Shown here in pieces: positions 61,479-64,000 of a DNA stretch of 64,000 nucleotides. Numbering within the stretch: the first letter of the stretch is position 1; the number at the start of each line of letters is the position of its first letter. The notes beneath the pieces were generated by a model. It did not search any database, was not told where the DNA came from, and was given only the letters and a program-made list of their open reading frames with translations. The DNA lies in the sequence record NC_019408.1; one strand, given 5' to 3'. The position numbers and the translations under genes are program-made.

Positions 61479-63512
61479 TTGCTGAATTTCCAACCGTTTA
61501 AGACGGCCGTCGCGGCGCAGTTCGCCAAGATGTCCAAGGGCCAACTCTACCGCGTCGAGGTCGACAAGGACCTCCTGTGGCAGACCTACCTCGCCGCCTT
61601 CCCGCCGGGCACGGACCCGATGTTCCGCGCGCGCACCGAGCACAACTGCTCGTGCTGCCGCGCCTTCGTGCGCCAGGGCGGCGACGTCGTGGCCATCGTC
61701 GACAACAAGATCGTCACCCTGTGGGACATCACCGTTCCGGGCGAGCCGGCCTACCAGCAGGTCGCCGACAGCCTCGCGGGCCTGATCCGTTCGCGGCCGA
61801 TCGCCGACGTCTTCCTGCACGACCAGAAGTCGATCGGCACCGACCGCAGCATCGAGTCGATGCTGGGCGGCGACGTGACCTGGAACCACTTCTACTGCGA
61901 CGTGCCCCAGCAGTTCGTCAAGAAGCGCACCGACATCCCCACGGCGCTGCACGGCCCGCGCATGGCGGCCGAGACGCTGCTGCGCGCGGTGACCGACATC
62001 AGCCGTGAGGCGGTCGAGACCGTGCTCGAACTGGTCGCCCAGAAGTCGGTCTACCGGATCGAGGAGCACAAGGCGACCGTCGAGGCCTTCCGGGCGATGC
62101 AGAACAGCTTCGCCGGCAAGACGGGCCTGGACGCGACGCTGCACGCCTGGAGCACGGCCACCAAGGGCGAAGTCTGGGGCTCGGTGATCGGCATCAAGAA
62201 CACCGTGATCGGCTCGCTTCTGCTCGACCTGTCGGGCGACATGGAGATCGAGGACGCGGTCAAGAAGTACGAGACCAAGGTCGCGCCGCAGAACTACAAG
62301 CGCACCTCGACGATCGCCACCAAGCGCCAGATCGAGGCCGCCAAGAAGACGCTGGAGGACCTGGGCCTGACCTCGGCCCTGGAGCGCCGCTACGCCGTCC
62401 TGACGGACGTGTCGATCAACGACGTCCTGTTCGCCGATCGCTCGGCCAAGGCGGCGCTGAGCGCGGACGTGTTCTCGGAGATGGCGGCCGAGGTGGGCGA
62501 GAAGACCAAGTCGTTCGACAAGGTCGAGGAGGTCCCGATCGACCGCTTCCTGAGCGACATCCTGCCCAAGGTCACGTCGATCGAGGCCCTGGTCGAGAAC
62601 CGTCTGGCGGGCAACTTCGTCAGCCTGATCGCGCCCAAGAACCCGACGGCCGGCAACCTCTTCAAGTGGGGCAACAACTTCTCCTGGTCCTATGCCGGCG
62701 AGGTCGCGGACTCCATCAAGCAGCGCGTCAAGGCCGCTGGCGGTAACGTCTCGGGCGACCTCTGCTGCCGCCTGGGCTGGTTCAACCACGACGACCTCGA
62801 CTTCCACATGTTCGAGCCGGGCGGTGGTCACATCTTCTTCCGCGAGAAGGTCTCGCCCTTCACGCGCGGCCAACTCGACGTCGACATGAACGCCGGGCGC
62901 GGCACCACTCGCTCGCCGGTCGAGAACATCTTCTACGGCGATCGCAAGCGCATGAAGGAAGGCGTCTACGAACTGAAGGTCCACCAGTTCGACAACCGTG
63001 ACGCCTCGCGCGATCCGGGCTTCGAGGTCGAGATCGACTACCTGGGCGCGGTGACCAAATTTGCCTACGCCAAGGCCCTGCGCTACCAGGAATACGTCAC
63101 GGTCGCCAAGTTCGAGTACAGCCACGCCGGCGGGATCAAAATCCTGTCGTCGCTGCCCTCGTCCTCGGCGAGCAAGGACGTCTGGGGCGTGAAGACCGAG
63201 ACCTTCCGCAAGGTCAACGTCGTCATGCTGTCGCCCAACTTCTGGGACGGCGAGCCGGGCGTCGGCAACAAGCACTTCTTCTTCATGCTGGAGGGCGGCA
63301 TCAACGAGGACGGCGCGCGCGGCTTCTACAACGAGTTCCTCAAGGACTCGCTGAGCCCGCACCGCCGCGTCTTCGAGATGCTGGGCTCCAAGCTGAAGCC
63401 CGCGCCGGCCGCCGAGCAACTCTCGGGCCTGGGCTTCTCGTCGTCCAAGCCCGACACCCTGACCGTCAAGGTCTCGGGCGCCTTCACCCGCGTTCTGAAA
63501 ATCAAGTTCTAG
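61479..63512 (+). CDS. large phage protein with HNCSCC motif and C-terminal YfaP/TerD-like domain
   Basis: TEHNCSCCRAF; LGWFNHDDLDFH..EP.G..I.F; LDVDMNAG; PVENIF; GVY.L.VHQF. Confidence 0.75.
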   Translation: MLNFQPFKTAVAAQFAKMSKGQLYRVEVDKDLLWQTYLAAFPPGTDPMFRARTEHNCSCCRAFVRQGGDVVAIVDNKIVTLWDITVPGEPAYQQVADSLAGLIRSRPIADVFLHDQKSIGTDRSIESMLGGDVTWNHFYCDVPQQFVKKRTDIPTALHGPRMAAETLLRAVTDISREAVETVLELVAQKSVYRIEEHKATVEAFRAMQNSFAGKTGLDATLHAWSTATKGEVWGSVIGIKNTVIGSLLLDLSGDMEIEDAVKKYETKVAPQNYKRTSTIATKRQIEAAKKTLEDLGLTSALERRYAVLTDVSINDVLFADRSAKAALSADVFSEMAAEVGEKTKSFDKVEEVPIDRFLSDILPKVTSIEALVENRLAGNFVSLIAPKNPTAGNLFKWGNNFSWSYAGEVADSIKQRVKAAGGNVSGDLCCRLGWFNHDDLDFHMFEPGGGHIFFREKVSPFTRGQLDVDMNAGRGTTRSPVENIFYGDRKRMKEGVYELKVHQFDNRDASRDPGFEVEIDYLGAVTKFAYAKALRYQEYVTVAKFEYSHAGGIKILSSLPSSSASKDVWGVKTETFRKVNVVMLSPNFWDGEPGVGNKHFFFMLEGGINEDGARGFYNEFLKDSLSPHRRVFEMLGSKLKPAPAAEQLSGLGFSSSKPDTLTVKVSGAFTRVLKIKF

Positions 63513-63524
63513 GAAAGGAAGACC

Positions 63525-63941
63525 ATGGAAAACATCTTCGAAGTCGCCTCGCGCGAAAAGTACCGCTACGAGTCCGCCAAGGGCCTCATCTCGACCGAGG
63601 ACCTGTGGGACCTGCCGCTGACCAGCGACACGGGCAAGGCCAACCTGAACGACATCGCCGTTGGCCTGTTCAAGCAGGTCAAGGACCTGGACGACATCTC
63701 GTTCGTGACGCCCAAGACGCTCGACAAGACCGTCGCGCCGCGCCTGGAGATCGTCAAGGCGGTGATCGCCTACCGCCAGGACCAGAACCGCAAGAAGCTG
63801 GAAGCCTCGACCAAGCGCGAGACCGCCCGCATCCTGCAAGAAGCCATCGCCGCCAAGCGCTCCGAGAAGATCGCCGGCACCCCGCTGGAAGAACTCGAAG
63901 CGCAACTGGCCGCGCTGAAGGCCGAGGGCGTCGAGGCCTAA
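63525..63941 (+). CDS. conserved phage hypothetical protein
   Basis: IFE.ASR.K.RY.S.KG.IS.EDLWDLPL pattern; AGGA SD. Confidence 0.75.
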   Translation: MENIFEVASREKYRYESAKGLISTEDLWDLPLTSDTGKANLNDIAVGLFKQVKDLDDISFVTPKTLDKTVAPRLEIVKAVIAYRQDQNRKKLEASTKRETARILQEAIAAKRSEKIAGTPLEELEAQLAALKAEGVEA

Positions 63942-63948
63942 TCGGCTG

Positions 63949-64000
63949 TTGACAACACTCTCGCGCCAACATAGAAGGGCCTCCGACGACAACGCCGGAG
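63949..64000 (+). promoter_or_regulatory. repeated phage promoter with inverted element in spacer
   Basis: TTGACA-ACACTCTCGCGCCAACA-TAGAAG, CGACGACAAC-GCCGGAG. Confidence 0.85.

Noticed and set aside
61451-61501. AT-rich patch with TTAA half sites resembling a CtrA box
   Set aside because: Spacing between TTAA sites is 13 nt, not TTAA-N7-TTAA
61056-63992. 978-aa minus-strand ORF, and similar long antisense ORFs (1584-3392, 8572-10146, 38832-40907, 47282-49093)
   Set aside because: Mirror frames of real genes caused by high GC3; no SD, no motifs, and they oppose the promoter direction
12215-64000. Promoter repeats as a CRISPR array, REP elements or IS ends
   Set aside because: Copies are dispersed 1-7 kb apart, always at gene starts with -35/-10/SD; no spacers, cas genes, transposase or target duplications
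1-64000. tRNA/tmRNA/rRNA genes and self-splicing introns
   Set aside because: No T-loop (GGTTCGA) cloverleafs, rRNA signatures or interrupted genes noticed by eye; tRNAscan/Infernal would be decisive

Overview
High-GC, densely coded segment with no virion or capsid genes and about 130 mostly short ORFs, many joined by ATGA/GTGA overlaps. It reads as the accessory/early region of a large lytic phage of an alphaproteobacterial host. A GcrA homologue and an alphaproteobacterial-type XRE regulator suggest a phiCbK-like Caulobacter/Brevundimonas phage (inference). All genes from 1 to 42173 are on the minus strand and all from 42311 to 64000 on the plus strand, with back-to-back sigma70-type promoters at about 42.2 kb. 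Recognisable genes: ATP-dependent DNA ligase, SLOG (DUF2493-like), DUF1643, HslV-like Ntn protease, NAMPT plus NadM-Nudix (NAD salvage), Pth2, HD-domain (p)ppGpp-hydrolase-like, HNH-AP2, MazG-like, RtcB, SPFH lipoprotein, acyl carrier protein, HNH, DUF4326, HAD nucleotidase, XRE, GcrA, a protein with a PEP-utiliser phospho-His domain, a metallophosphoesterase and a YfaP/TerD-like protein. About 23 sigma70-type promoter candidates (TTGACA-N17/18-TAGAAG-like) are present. Most carry a CGACGACAAC leader before the SD, and many carry a 16-bp element GTTGGCGYGAGAGTGT that sits either upstream of the -35 or inverted inside the spacer. The most unusual signals are: a ~220-nt highly structured non-coding RNA candidate with its own promoter and terminator (4301-4523); an 83-aa protein fusing family-A DNA polymerase motifs A and C; and a protein with terminase-like motifs in reversed order. 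No tRNA, rRNA or CRISPR array was seen. Domain calls are by motif recognition only; no searches were run.
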